A DNA stretch of 64,000 nt from the NCBI GenBank assembly GCA_012813795.1, contig GCA_012813795.1_4087.1; one strand, written 5' to 3'. Of the stretch, positions 44,702 to 53,487 are shown in pieces. Below the pieces are notes generated by a model, which saw only the letters and a program-made list of their open reading frames with translations, searched no databases and was not told the DNA's origin. Both the position numbers and the translations under genes were made by a program. Source of the stretch: a phage. Within the stretch, counting starts at the first letter, position 1. The number at the start of each line of letters is the position of its first letter.

Positions 44702-45374
44702 TTAAGCAATATGAAACCTGGATAGCTTCACGTGCTGCATCGAATAATGGGTGGTGAAGTTCTAGACCATAAAGACCATGATCAGCAACCATCTCCACAA
44801 ACTTTTTCAATTGTACATCAACAATGGAATCCATGTCAAATTTTTCATCTTCAGTTAGGCGATTCTTAACACTTCGGGCATTCTGTGGTGCATTATATTT
44901 CCACAATTCGCCCACACCAAACATTTTACGATGGTTTGCTTGAAGAATACTACAATCGAAGTGGCAGCCATTACCCCAAATTTCAATATTGTTCTCATTT
45001 CCATTAAGATCATAACGAAGTGAATTCCACAAATCAAGTACATTTTTTGTTTTATACAAATTGTTCTGACTACCGGAAATAATCTCAGGATCTGTCAACG
45101 TGAGTGTGCTAACTACTTCTTCATATGCACCTTTATGATCATTTTGACACATATTCATCCAAAAGTTCATTGAACCTGCATCAACTTTAAGACCAGCATC
45201 AATTTGTTTTTGGAATGGTAGTTTAACATATGCATAACGTGAGATATCTTTCATTGGGTTAGTTGGAACTAAAACAATTGCGTAATTTGGAATGATAATA
45301 TCATAACCACTACGTTCTGGAGTTCCGAAAGATTCAATATCAACTGCATAGTGTGTAACTTTATCTGCCATCAT
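44673..45374 (-). CDS. dexA: DEDD-family 3'-5' exonuclease, T4 DexA-like
   Basis: AVDIESFG (Exo I D-x-E), central WGNGCHFD, HHPLFDAAREA (Exo III H-x4-D); size matches T4 DexA. Confidence 0.6.
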   Translation of the reverse strand: MMADKVTHYAVDIESFGTPERSGYDIIIPNYAIVLVPTNPMKDISRYAYVKLPFQKQIDAGLKVDAGSMNFWMNMCQNDHKGAYEEVVSTLTLTDPEIISGSQNNLYKTKNVLDLWNSLRYDLNGNENNIEIWGNGCHFDCSILQANHRKMFGVGELWKYNAPQNARSVKNRLTEDEKFDMDSIVDVQLKKFVEMVADHGLYGLELHHPLFDAAREAIQVSYCLNAINERGNY

Positions 45375-45439
45375 ATTATCCTTAGATAATTAATAAAATA
45401 TGTGCCCATTATACAATGGGCACATTTATATGTCAACTA

Positions 45440-46567
45440 TTACTTGTTAGCTTTGTCAGCAATTTCGCGAAGAGTTTCTTCAAGTTCGTAGGACAACTGT
45501 GCAATTTCATGTTTAGCACGTTCACGTTCTTCCTTACCTTTCTTCTCTTCAATCAGTACTGCTTCGATGCTATCAATCATTGTTTTGTGTACGTTACGCA
45601 ATGTTTTAATATCCACAATACCACGGTTATTAGCTTTAGCAGCATCTAACATATTAGTTGCTACCATTTTGGAGTTCACTTCAAGTAAACGGTTAGTTTC
45701 ATTATCAATCAAATTACCCAACTCGTTATCTTTGCGTTGGCGTTCAGAAATCAATTGTTCTGCTAGTTGTGATTTCCATGCAGGGATGACAACAGATTTC
45801 AGATCTTCAAATTTAGATACAGTGTTTAGATTCACTTTCTTCATACTCATCAGACGAGGGCCACTAAGCTCACACATCATGATAAGACGGCGAATCTTAT
45901 CTTCCTGTTTAGACAATGCTTCACAAATCATCTTCTGCTCTTGGATTGCGAAAGAATCCACATCAGGGTTCGCTTGCATTTCTTCCAGTTTAGCATCTTG
46001 AGTTTTTGTGACTTGTTCCAATTCAACCAGCGTATCGCGTAATTCAAATAGATAGGCTTTATTCTCATTGTAAGCAGTATCCAACCACTCACATTCACTA
46101 TGTTGGCGATTGATACCAACCTGGAGTGTGTTCATGATTTCATCAATCTGCTCTTTACTATTCTTGTACTGATCACCAACTTTCTGTTTTGCATTGACAA
46201 AGAGTTTTTTGACCCAACCTACAATTGATTTATCATCTTGTAGACTGTCAATATCAACAGCACGGGTTAGGGATAAAATTGTGGTAATTGATTTACCAAA
46301 TTCAGTATTGTCATCAGTGACGTTCACTTTTGACATGATTTCATCAGCCAAACGTCCTACACCTGCACCAGCAGTTGTTCCAATGGTGTTAATGTTCTGA
46401 ACAGTTAAAGACATAGTGTTACCTTTTGTATCTTTCAGTACAGGTAACGTTTTAGCCTGTTGGTCGAAAATATCACTCGCATCAAAAGTATTACCTTTGG
46501 TTTTGGTTGTAGTACGCTTAGTAGTTTTGGTAGTTGCTTTTTTTGGGTTGATTTCTTTCTCGGACAT
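45440..46567 (-). CDS. coiled-coil protein with K/T-rich N-terminus (possibly TelA-like)
   Basis: 375 aa, long heptad-rich regions; TelA assignment is a guess. Confidence 0.5.
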   Translation of the reverse strand: MSEKEINPKKATTKTTKRTTTKTKGNTFDASDIFDQQAKTLPVLKDTKGNTMSLTVQNINTIGTTAGAGVGRLADEIMSKVNVTDDNTEFGKSITTILSLTRAVDIDSLQDDKSIVGWVKKLFVNAKQKVGDQYKNSKEQIDEIMNTLQVGINRQHSECEWLDTAYNENKAYLFELRDTLVELEQVTKTQDAKLEEMQANPDVDSFAIQEQKMICEALSKQEDKIRRLIMMCELSGPRLMSMKKVNLNTVSKFEDLKSVVIPAWKSQLAEQLISERQRKDNELGNLIDNETNRLLEVNSKMVATNMLDAAKANNRGIVDIKTLRNVHKTMIDSIEAVLIEEKKGKEERERAKHEIAQLSYELEETLREIADKANK

Positions 46568-46615
46568 TAGGTTAATTCCTCATTTAATTTAAGATAGTGT
46601 TGCTCTGTGATAAAC

Positions 46616-46644
46616 ATTATACGAGCAACACACATTCATGTCAA
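46616..46644 (-). promoter_or_regulatory. sigma70-like early promoter (TTGACA, 17 nt, TATAAT)
   Basis: attata 46616-46621; tgtcaa 46639-46644. Confidence 0.5.
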
Positions 46645-46653
46645 CAACTATTT

Positions 46654-47775
46654 TTACTCTTTATCACCGTAAGCTAAGTTGCGAATGATAGCTGCGGTAT
46701 CAGCGTCTACTGCTTTTCCAACTTGTGTCTGTAATCGATTGATAATCAACGGAATAGTAATAGTTTGGATATCTACCATTCTATTCATGTCAATCTGATA
46801 CTGTTTACTCACATTAACTATACTAGCTTCAGTCATTGCGGCGGTAATGCTCATTTTCATGATACGTTCAAGAGTCAGTTCATATTCAAATGCATCATCC
46901 AAACGACGAATAGCATACTCACACCCAATTTTTCCGTATTCTAATTCATCTTTAATATCACGAACTTCAGTTCGAATTTCATTAAACAATGAAGTTAAAC
47001 CACTAAACTTATTCGTATCATATTTCACTGCATCATTCAATGCTTTCATTACTTTCGGTAAATCGGCCTGTTGAACCTTTATATCCGCTTTACCAAACAG
47101 TTTTTGTGTAAATGTTGGTTTCAATGGGAATAACGATTCAAGTGCAGTGGTTAAGTTATTCATTAATGTTCTAACATAATCACTATGCTTATGTAATGCA
47201 TCATTAAGATCCAATTGACGCTCTGAAATTTTTTGAATCTTCACACCAACTTCCTGTGCACATACTGGTAAGTTTACGAACCAATCCAGTACTTTTACAG
47301 AATCCTTTTTAATAGTTTCAGGAAATTCCATCCATTGTTCGATATCCGCAATGCGTTCATCTTCTGGATCAATTGGTGTTTTAGTCAGAACAATTGGTGC
47401 TGGCACTTCAACCACTGCAAGTTCTGGACGTGGTTTAAGACGACCTTCTTTCCATGCTTCGTATTCACGCTCAAGTGGAGGTACTGGCAAATCACGAATC
47501 TGAATATTTTTAAAATGAATTTCATCTTTCATGAGATCTAACATATTCAAACGTGTGTTTGAATAGTAAATTTTTGATAGTTCTAAATTACGAACATCAA
47601 ATTCGGGATTTCCCATTGAATCATAAGTACGTTTTACGATTACATTATAAAAGTACTTTTTATTGTCGCGACGATCATACTTTTTCAGTAATGAATTCAA
47701 CACAAACTGGTAATCAAACTCTTGGATTTCAATTTCTTGTTTGTTCTCAATGAAAAAATATTTTCCTTTCATCAT
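46654..47775 (-). CDS. hypothetical protein
   Basis: 373-aa ORF. Confidence 0.55.
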   Translation of the reverse strand: MMKGKYFFIENKQEIEIQEFDYQFVLNSLLKKYDRRDNKKYFYNVIVKRTYDSMGNPEFDVRNLELSKIYYSNTRLNMLDLMKDEIHFKNIQIRDLPVPPLEREYEAWKEGRLKPRPELAVVEVPAPIVLTKTPIDPEDERIADIEQWMEFPETIKKDSVKVLDWFVNLPVCAQEVGVKIQKISERQLDLNDALHKHSDYVRTLMNNLTTALESLFPLKPTFTQKLFGKADIKVQQADLPKVMKALNDAVKYDTNKFSGLTSLFNEIRTEVRDIKDELEYGKIGCEYAIRRLDDAFEYELTLERIMKMSITAAMTEASIVNVSKQYQIDMNRMVDIQTITIPLIINRLQTQVGKAVDADTAAIIRNLAYGDKE

Positions 47776-47849
47776 CAGCCTCTTTTTAATTAATAGTAAA
47801 TCAATAATGCTATTCTATCTAACTTGATTAGTATTGTCAACACCTAAAT

Positions 47850-47878
47850 GAAAAAAAGGACGCACCTTAGCACGTCCC
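47850..47878 (-). terminator. intrinsic terminator (ggacgtgctaaggtgcgtcc + T7)
   Basis: Overlaps the last codons of 47867..48685. Confidence 0.5.
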
Positions 47879-48685
47879 TTTGTTGTTCTTCTCTCTGTAC
47901 CAGTTGAAACCCTTAACTGGTGGGTACTTCTCATCTTTAGGTGGCTCCGGCATATCATACACCGTTGCATTCCTAAATTTTAAAATGTAAACTTCCATAA
48001 GACGTATGATAGCATAGTTTAAACATTTCTGTGCTCTTTCTTTCCAAAAATGTTTATATGGTTCTGGACAGTTTAGATAGTCCAGTTTATACATACCCAT
48101 TGCTGCTTGTACAAATCTCTGTGCTGAAAATTTACGTTTGTCAACCTTACTGGCTCTGTACTGATCAGATGTCCAGCTTTGTACCCCAGGTAAATGACAA
48201 AACAAATCAAACTCTACCATAGAACTAAAATATTCATTATGACCGTGTAGTTCACCATAGAACAATGCCTCATTGACAGTCTCATATAATGAAAAATTCA
48301 TATGTATATGTTCATTATCAAAGATGTTCTTTAGTTCTTTGTACGTCTCTGGTACTGGTGGTTCAGGTAACAACTCACCAAATGTCTCAATGCACCAGAT
48401 TTTCCACAATCCTTTTGTGAATTGTACTTCACGTTCTCTATCACTGTCAATATAAAATGTTTTTTCATTAATGAAAACCTTTCGTGCCATATATGCTTTA
48501 AAGATTGCATCGGGATCGATATCATCACGTTTAATGTCATCCCATCCCTTACCAATCCTTGAAATCTCAAATCTACGCATATACATTCTACAAGCTAAAT
48601 CTTTTGTAGTACTGCGACGATACTTTTCATCCTGAACCAATTTAGTACTTTCATGTAGAGATTTCAACATATTTAAAATTCTCAT
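47867..48685 (-). CDS. hypothetical protein
   Basis: 272-aa ORF. Confidence 0.55.
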   Translation of the reverse strand: MRILNMLKSLHESTKLVQDEKYRRSTTKDLACRMYMRRFEISRIGKGWDDIKRDDIDPDAIFKAYMARKVFINEKTFYIDSDREREVQFTKGLWKIWCIETFGELLPEPPVPETYKELKNIFDNEHIHMNFSLYETVNEALFYGELHGHNEYFSSMVEFDLFCHLPGVQSWTSDQYRASKVDKRKFSAQRFVQAAMGMYKLDYLNCPEPYKHFWKERAQKCLNYAIIRLMEVYILKFRNATVYDMPEPPKDEKYPPVKGFNWYREKNNKGTC

Positions 48686-49362
48686 CTTAGCACCAGATAC
48701 TTCCCATCTCTACCAACTATATACTGATTACCACTACGTAGTACTGTATAGTTTTCACCTAATATAGAACTAAGTCTTGATGTATCTAATTTGGTTTCAG
48801 TTTTCAGCATAGATTTGATGTATTCCTCAGATGCAAAACCACTACCAGTGCTATAACATAAATCACCATACACGGTTTGTAGTTTTAGGTTATTACCCTC
48901 TTTGAGTACAGTTATACCAGCATAATCCAAAAACTCGCTTAGTGCATCTGGAGTTCCTAATTCTACACGTTGTTGAACTTCATCAAAGTCTACATCAATT
49001 GGATCATTAACACCATAAAGCTGAATTTTCCATCCAGGATTTGGACAAATGTTTTCAATAGTCTTAATTAGAGTTAGTAATTTTTCTGGAAACTCTGCAT
49101 TACGTTCCATTTCAACAAATACTTGATATCTACCATCTAGGTTAGGTGTTTCAGCAGCTTCAGTATCTACCGCAGTGATTGGTGATTTCTCAATGAAAGA
49201 GGACAAATCATATGCAGCATCAAAATTATTCAATACCTGAAACATAACAACGATATTACCATCTTCAATCTTGGGTGTATATTCATCAACACTGATAATA
49301 GGGTAAATCAGATCTTTAAGTACTTCAGGACGTAATCCCTGTTCATTTAATTGTTTAGACAT
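48682..49362 (-). CDS. hypothetical protein
   Basis: 226-aa ORF. Confidence 0.55.
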   Translation of the reverse strand: MSKQLNEQGLRPEVLKDLIYPIISVDEYTPKIEDGNIVVMFQVLNNFDAAYDLSSFIEKSPITAVDTEAAETPNLDGRYQVFVEMERNAEFPEKLLTLIKTIENICPNPGWKIQLYGVNDPIDVDFDEVQQRVELGTPDALSEFLDYAGITVLKEGNNLKLQTVYGDLCYSTGSGFASEEYIKSMLKTETKLDTSRLSSILGENYTVLRSGNQYIVGRDGKYLVLR

Positions 49363-50066
49363 TACATTCCTCCTTTTTGTTCATCAGGTGCACCAAATTC
49401 TGCATCTAATTCTTGAACATCCTGCTCATCTTCCATACTCATATCAGGTGTATTTTGATCTAAGTTCATTGGATTACTATTAAATTCAGATGCCATTAGT
49501 TTGTATTCATCAAAGCTTTCTGGATTAATTAGATTTCGAGGTATTTGAAAACGAACTAGTAGTACTGGTACTCTTTCGGTTCTTGGTACATTCACTGATC
49601 CATGTTGAGTTGCTTGTGTTTTCATATCATTACGACTACGAGGCTTCGCAATTGGTCGTATTTCGTAATCAGCTTTAACTTGAACTTTAGTGCCGTGTTT
49701 TTCTAAAACTGTGAATGCTGTTGGATCTGGAAAGTTTTCTCTATAATATTTGAATGTAACAGTACACCAGTACTTAGTAACATTTGGTCCCTCAACTAGT
49801 TCACCTTCAATTACACCAGTATAGGCATATAAATCATTGTCATCAAAATATTTTTCAACCGCCAGAAGAATGTCTAATATTCCAGAATTATCATATAATT
49901 GCTGGATAGCATTGTCTGTTGTATTCATATCTTCCATGTTTTTTATTCCCTTAAAAACTTGAACATTTATATTATTTACTACTTTGAAAACAATGAAAGG
50001 GGAATCAAGTTCCCCTATTGTTATTTTTTCATTAGTTCGTAAATTTTTAGACGAAGTTCGCTCCAA
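49362..50066 (-). CDS. hypothetical protein with acidic C-terminal tail
   Basis: 234-aa ORF. Confidence 0.55.
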   Translation of the reverse strand: MERTSSKNLRTNEKITIGELDSPFIVFKVVNNINVQVFKGIKNMEDMNTTDNAIQQLYDNSGILDILLAVEKYFDDNDLYAYTGVIEGELVEGPNVTKYWCTVTFKYYRENFPDPTAFTVLEKHGTKVQVKADYEIRPIAKPRSRNDMKTQATQHGSVNVPRTERVPVLLVRFQIPRNLINPESFDEYKLMASEFNSNPMNLDQNTPDMSMEDEQDVQELDAEFGAPDEQKGGM

Positions 50067-50659
50067 TTATTAACATAATCAAAGCCGTTGTTATGCTTGT
50101 ATTCATGGTTATGACACGCACACATCATAACAGCAGGTATATCCAACTCTATAGCCGTTTCTATATTTTTAATATAATCGTCAATCAAAAATTTAACGTC
50201 ATATTGAGCTTTTAATTTCATTAGTGCTGATTTTTTGGATTCATACATTTCAATGATAATGATATCATCAAAAATACCCTCACCAAAGACATTAATGAGA
50301 TTCACATTACGGAGAACTTCTCCGTGTCCGAATGTACCCGATTTAGTCAGTACTACAAATTTATCATATGGGAACTTATCACGTAATTCTTGCATAATTC
50401 CAACCGTGTTATGTTCTACTGGGTCAAGTAGACCAAACTCATAAGAACGATGGTTGAAGTGTTTTAGAATCTCTTGCACTTCAGGTTGAGTAATTCCACC
50501 CAACCACTGACACAAATCATATTTTTCTGGATATGGTGTTTCTGGATGAATATCATAATGTTCTTTAACAAAATTATATAGACCACCAATGTGGTCCAAT
50601 AGCACTTCATCACAATCCCATACTACACAACGTTGTTTCATTACATATTTCCTGAACAA
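50021..50659 (-). CDS. HAD-superfamily 5'(3')-deoxyribonucleotidase-like (NT5C-like)
   Basis: N-terminal VVWDCDEVLLD (HAD motif I DxDxV). Confidence 0.55.
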   Translation of the reverse strand: MFRKYVMKQRCVVWDCDEVLLDHIGGLYNFVKEHYDIHPETPYPEKYDLCQWLGGITQPEVQEILKHFNHRSYEFGLLDPVEHNTVGIMQELRDKFPYDKFVVLTKSGTFGHGEVLRNVNLINVFGEGIFDDIIIIEMYESKKSALMKLKAQYDVKFLIDDYIKNIETAIELDIPAVMMCACHNHEYKHNNGFDYVNNWSELRLKIYELMKK

Positions 50660-51594
50660 ATCAAGTCAATTTCACATAGTAATGCACTCAGGTTCATCTC
50701 ACGATCAGAAACTGTTGATTGTTTGACAACTGCATCACGGATTTTAACCTTGATTTTCATTAGTGTGATTTCATCAGTACTGAACATTTCTGCATTACGA
50801 TACAGATACGAGAAAAACGCATCCATTTCGTCATCAGGGATATTTTGAACAATCTGCTCACGCATCTGACGAATGTTTCCCGCCTTTAATGCATCAACGA
50901 TTGCCGTGCGATACCCAGCAGAATTCTCAATACTGTCTTCTAGTTTTACTAGTTTACCATCAACTACTGAACTCTGCAATACGTTTAATGTTTTGCGGAA
51001 GTCAGGGTACGATGCATTGATGTATTGCTGCACTTGATCAATACTTTCTTCTGATGATAAATCTACACCCTCAGCTAACAGTACGTTGATGATACGGGTC
51101 ATAAACTGTTCCATATCATGCTTCTCGATTGTAATTACTTGCACACGAGAAATAATAGGTTTCAAAATTTTATGTGGCTCATTACTGGTTAGAATAAAAC
51201 GAGCATTCTCGTGATAATCTTCCATGACACGCTTCAGGCTACCTTGTGCTTTGTGGTTCATCTGTTCCATTTCTTCCAGAACAAATACACGATAACGTCC
51301 AAAACATGATAGTTTTGCGGCAGCGTCAATCTTATCACGCACAGCATCAATACCCTCATCTGACATGTTTAGAGTTGTTACATCACTTGGGTCCAGGTGA
51401 CCATTAGCTTCAAGTCCATTTAGTAGTACTTTAATCGCTGAAGTTTTTCCTGTACCAGCGGGACCAAAGAATCCAATATGTGGAATATTGCCAGTACAAA
51501 TCCATTCTTCCATCTTTTTACGAAGAGCATCATTTTTGAAAACGTAATCTTCTAGGGTTTGTGGGCGATATTTTTCAGTCCATAGTGTAGTCAT
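50641..51594 (-). CDS. 44: clamp-loader ATPase large subunit (T4 gp44-like, AAA+)
   Basis: Walker A GPAGTGKTS, Walker B VLEEME, SRC-like ISRV motif; ~T4 gp44 size. Confidence 0.75.
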   Translation of the reverse strand: MTTLWTEKYRPQTLEDYVFKNDALRKKMEEWICTGNIPHIGFFGPAGTGKTSAIKVLLNGLEANGHLDPSDVTTLNMSDEGIDAVRDKIDAAAKLSCFGRYRVFVLEEMEQMNHKAQGSLKRVMEDYHENARFILTSNEPHKILKPIISRVQVITIEKHDMEQFMTRIINVLLAEGVDLSSEESIDQVQQYINASYPDFRKTLNVLQSSVVDGKLVKLEDSIENSAGYRTAIVDALKAGNIRQMREQIVQNIPDDEMDAFFSYLYRNAEMFSTDEITLMKIKVKIRDAVVKQSTVSDREMNLSALLCEIDLICSGNM

Positions 51595-51613
51595 TTATTA
51601 TTCCTCATGTAAA

Positions 51614-51883
51614 TTAGTGAGTCCAATCTGATAGATGGTATAGTAGTGCGGTGAATAGGTCTTCTGTCATCTCCAACTGATTAAAGAGATAGTCAAAAGA
51701 ATTTACTTTATTGTCAATGCCCCTGGCTTTTGCATTCGCAGCAACCACAAGTAAGTGCTTAAATACATCGTGAGATACTTCATAAACATATTTGGTATTC
51801 TTCCTATCTTCAAACAAAAATCTATTATTCTTTGAAACAAGTTGAACATCCGAAAAGCTAAACTTATCATTATCTGTAATCAT
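51614..51883 (-). CDS. hypothetical protein
   Basis: 89-aa ORF. Confidence 0.5.
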   Translation of the reverse strand: MITDNDKFSFSDVQLVSKNNRFLFEDRKNTKYVYEVSHDVFKHLLVVAANAKARGIDNKVNSFDYLFNQLEMTEDLFTALLYHLSDWTH

Positions 51884-51937
51884 ATTATATAACCAAATAA
51901 AAAGCCCAGAATATATATTCCGAGCTTACTTTTATAA

Positions 51938-52261
51938 TTAACGTCCAAATGTTTGTACTGAAGTACGTGGGTCTTCATCGGAAACCAAAGATACTGCGGC
52001 TGGGTAATCAACTAAGTTTAATTGAACACCATCAACCTCAATAGTTCTGGACCAGCGACCGTGGTCAATAAGAATCCATTGACCTTCTTTGATATCAGTT
52101 ATATCTTCACCAACTGAATAAACTTTAGCCCAACGACAACGAATACCACGAATTTTACCGTCATCATTTGTTAAAACAATTCCACCAGCAGTTTTTCGTT
52201 CGCCATGTTCTAAATCAGTAACCAGTACTTTTCCCTTACATGCTGTCATAACTTTAGACAT
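51938..52261 (-). CDS. co-chaperonin GroES/Cpn10-like (T4 gp31 analog)
   Basis: KVLVTDLEHGERKTAGGIVL...GDKV-like mobile-loop and beta-barrel pattern of Cpn10. Confidence 0.6.
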   Translation of the reverse strand: MSKVMTACKGKVLVTDLEHGERKTAGGIVLTNDDGKIRGIRCRWAKVYSVGEDITDIKEGQWILIDHGRWSRTIEVDGVQLNLVDYPAAVSLVSDEDPRTSVQTFGR

Positions 52262-52266
52262 TTGTA

Positions 52267-52629
52267 TTACTCCTGATCTTTAGTTTTTGCTCTGCGTGGT
52301 GCTTTCTTCTCTTCAGGTGAAACTGAAGGATCAACTGTTTCTTCGTTTTGTACAACGACATGCTCAACTTCAAAGCTTGCATCATCCCAACCATCATCAG
52401 AATAATCAGTGCTTTGTGCCTGATGTTCTGGAATATAGTCAGGAATTTGCATTTCACGTTCTTTCTCTTGAAGTAGTTCTTCACGAGTTTTAATTACAGT
52501 TCCACCAGAACCAATTTTATCACCACGAGCATTTAGTTTAGCATTACCCAATGCAACCTGATGTTGGTTCTGATATTTTAGCATATCCATATCAATGATA
52601 GTGCCACGATAAGTAGTATGTTTTGACAT
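52267..52629 (-). CDS. hypothetical protein
   Basis: 120 aa; extended -10 TGTGATATAAT upstream. Confidence 0.5.
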   Translation of the reverse strand: MSKHTTYRGTIIDMDMLKYQNQHQVALGNAKLNARGDKIGSGGTVIKTREELLQEKEREMQIPDYIPEHQAQSTDYSDDGWDDASFEVEHVVVQNEETVDPSVSPEEKKAPRRAKTKDQE

Positions 52630-52688
52630 ATAAAAATCCCTTTTCTAAGTGCTATAACGTCACAACAACCATTATATCACATGTTTCG

Positions 52689-53231
52689 TTACCATTTCAG
52701 AAATTCGTTCACATCGAGATCATACTTCAATGAGTCAACCATATGCAAACCAATCAGAAACAGACAATATGAGGCTACAGAACTACCACGCCCTAAGCCC
52801 CAGAAGATGTTGTGCTCTTCCATATAATCTACCAACCATATCATACAACGCAATAGCTTTGTCATATTATATTGTTCGTATAAATCAATTTCGTATTCCA
52901 CACGCTGTTTTGCTTCAGGTGTGGAACACTTTTGTAAAAAGAATTCTCTTAGATTGATATTGTCATACATTGGATCATAACGCCATAACTCATGATTACT
53001 ATCATGGTCAATTGTATAATCCAACATACGTTGCTCTAGTCCAAATTTTTTACAGTTATCGTTAAACTTCAAACGCTCTTGTTCATCTATATCTTGTAAT
53101 TGTAAGTACTGAATATCTGAACCACAATTCATAGCATAAACTACAGCATTTAAATTACATTTAACATCACCATTGGGACTTATATATCTGTTTCCTTGAA
53201 CTTTCATTTGTCTTTTTACTATCCTCTTCAT
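52689..53231 (-). CDS. stand-alone DnaE (Pol III alpha)-like palm-domain fragment
   Basis: RVEYEIDLYEQ...WGLGRGSSVASYCLFLIGLHMVDSLKYDLDVNEFL parallels DnaE RLEYELDVI...GPGRGSGAGSLVAYAL.ITD.DPL.FDLLFERFL; ends just before where the catalytic aspartates would be. Confidence 0.55.
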   Translation of the reverse strand: MKRIVKRQMKVQGNRYISPNGDVKCNLNAVVYAMNCGSDIQYLQLQDIDEQERLKFNDNCKKFGLEQRMLDYTIDHDSNHELWRYDPMYDNINLREFFLQKCSTPEAKQRVEYEIDLYEQYNMTKLLRCMIWLVDYMEEHNIFWGLGRGSSVASYCLFLIGLHMVDSLKYDLDVNEFLKW

Positions 53232-53475
53232 CTGATAGATAAGAATTCATATCAAAAATACATGGATCAGCTTCCTCGTATGTATCTTTCTCTTTTCTAC
53301 CTTGTCGTAAAGTCATTTCTTCATAGCACTGATTCAGTACTATCTGCATGTTACCAATGATAGAATCACTCATACCAGCGGCACGAGCGGAACTAATACG
53401 TAAACTTTGATCATTAATCTTTTGTTGGAGTTCTTTATCACTCATACCAGAAGGGTCATAAAATGGATTAAACAT
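53167..53475 (-). CDS. hypothetical protein
   Basis: 102-aa ORF. Confidence 0.45.
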   Translation of the reverse strand: MFNPFYDPSGMSDKELQQKINDQSLRISSARAAGMSDSIIGNMQIVLNQCYEEMTLRQGRKEKDTYEEADPCIFDMNSYLSDEEDSKKTNESSRKQIYKSQW

Positions 53476-53487
53476 ATTTTTCTCCTA

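Noticed and set aside
45567-46001. Long plus-strand ORFs antisense to minus-strand genes (e.g. 45567..46001, 33479..34078, 58957..59310)
   Set aside because: Fully embedded antisense to well-supported genes; typical AT-rich antisense open frames.
49362-50066. Calling this the gp45 sliding clamp or an SSB because of size and acidic tail
   Set aside because: No recognisable clamp or OB-fold motifs by eye; left as hypothetical.
50021-50659. Calling this gp62 (clamp-loader small subunit) from synteny with gp44
   Set aside because: Sequence carries a HAD DxDxV nucleotidase motif and no gp62-like features; synteny alone is insufficient.
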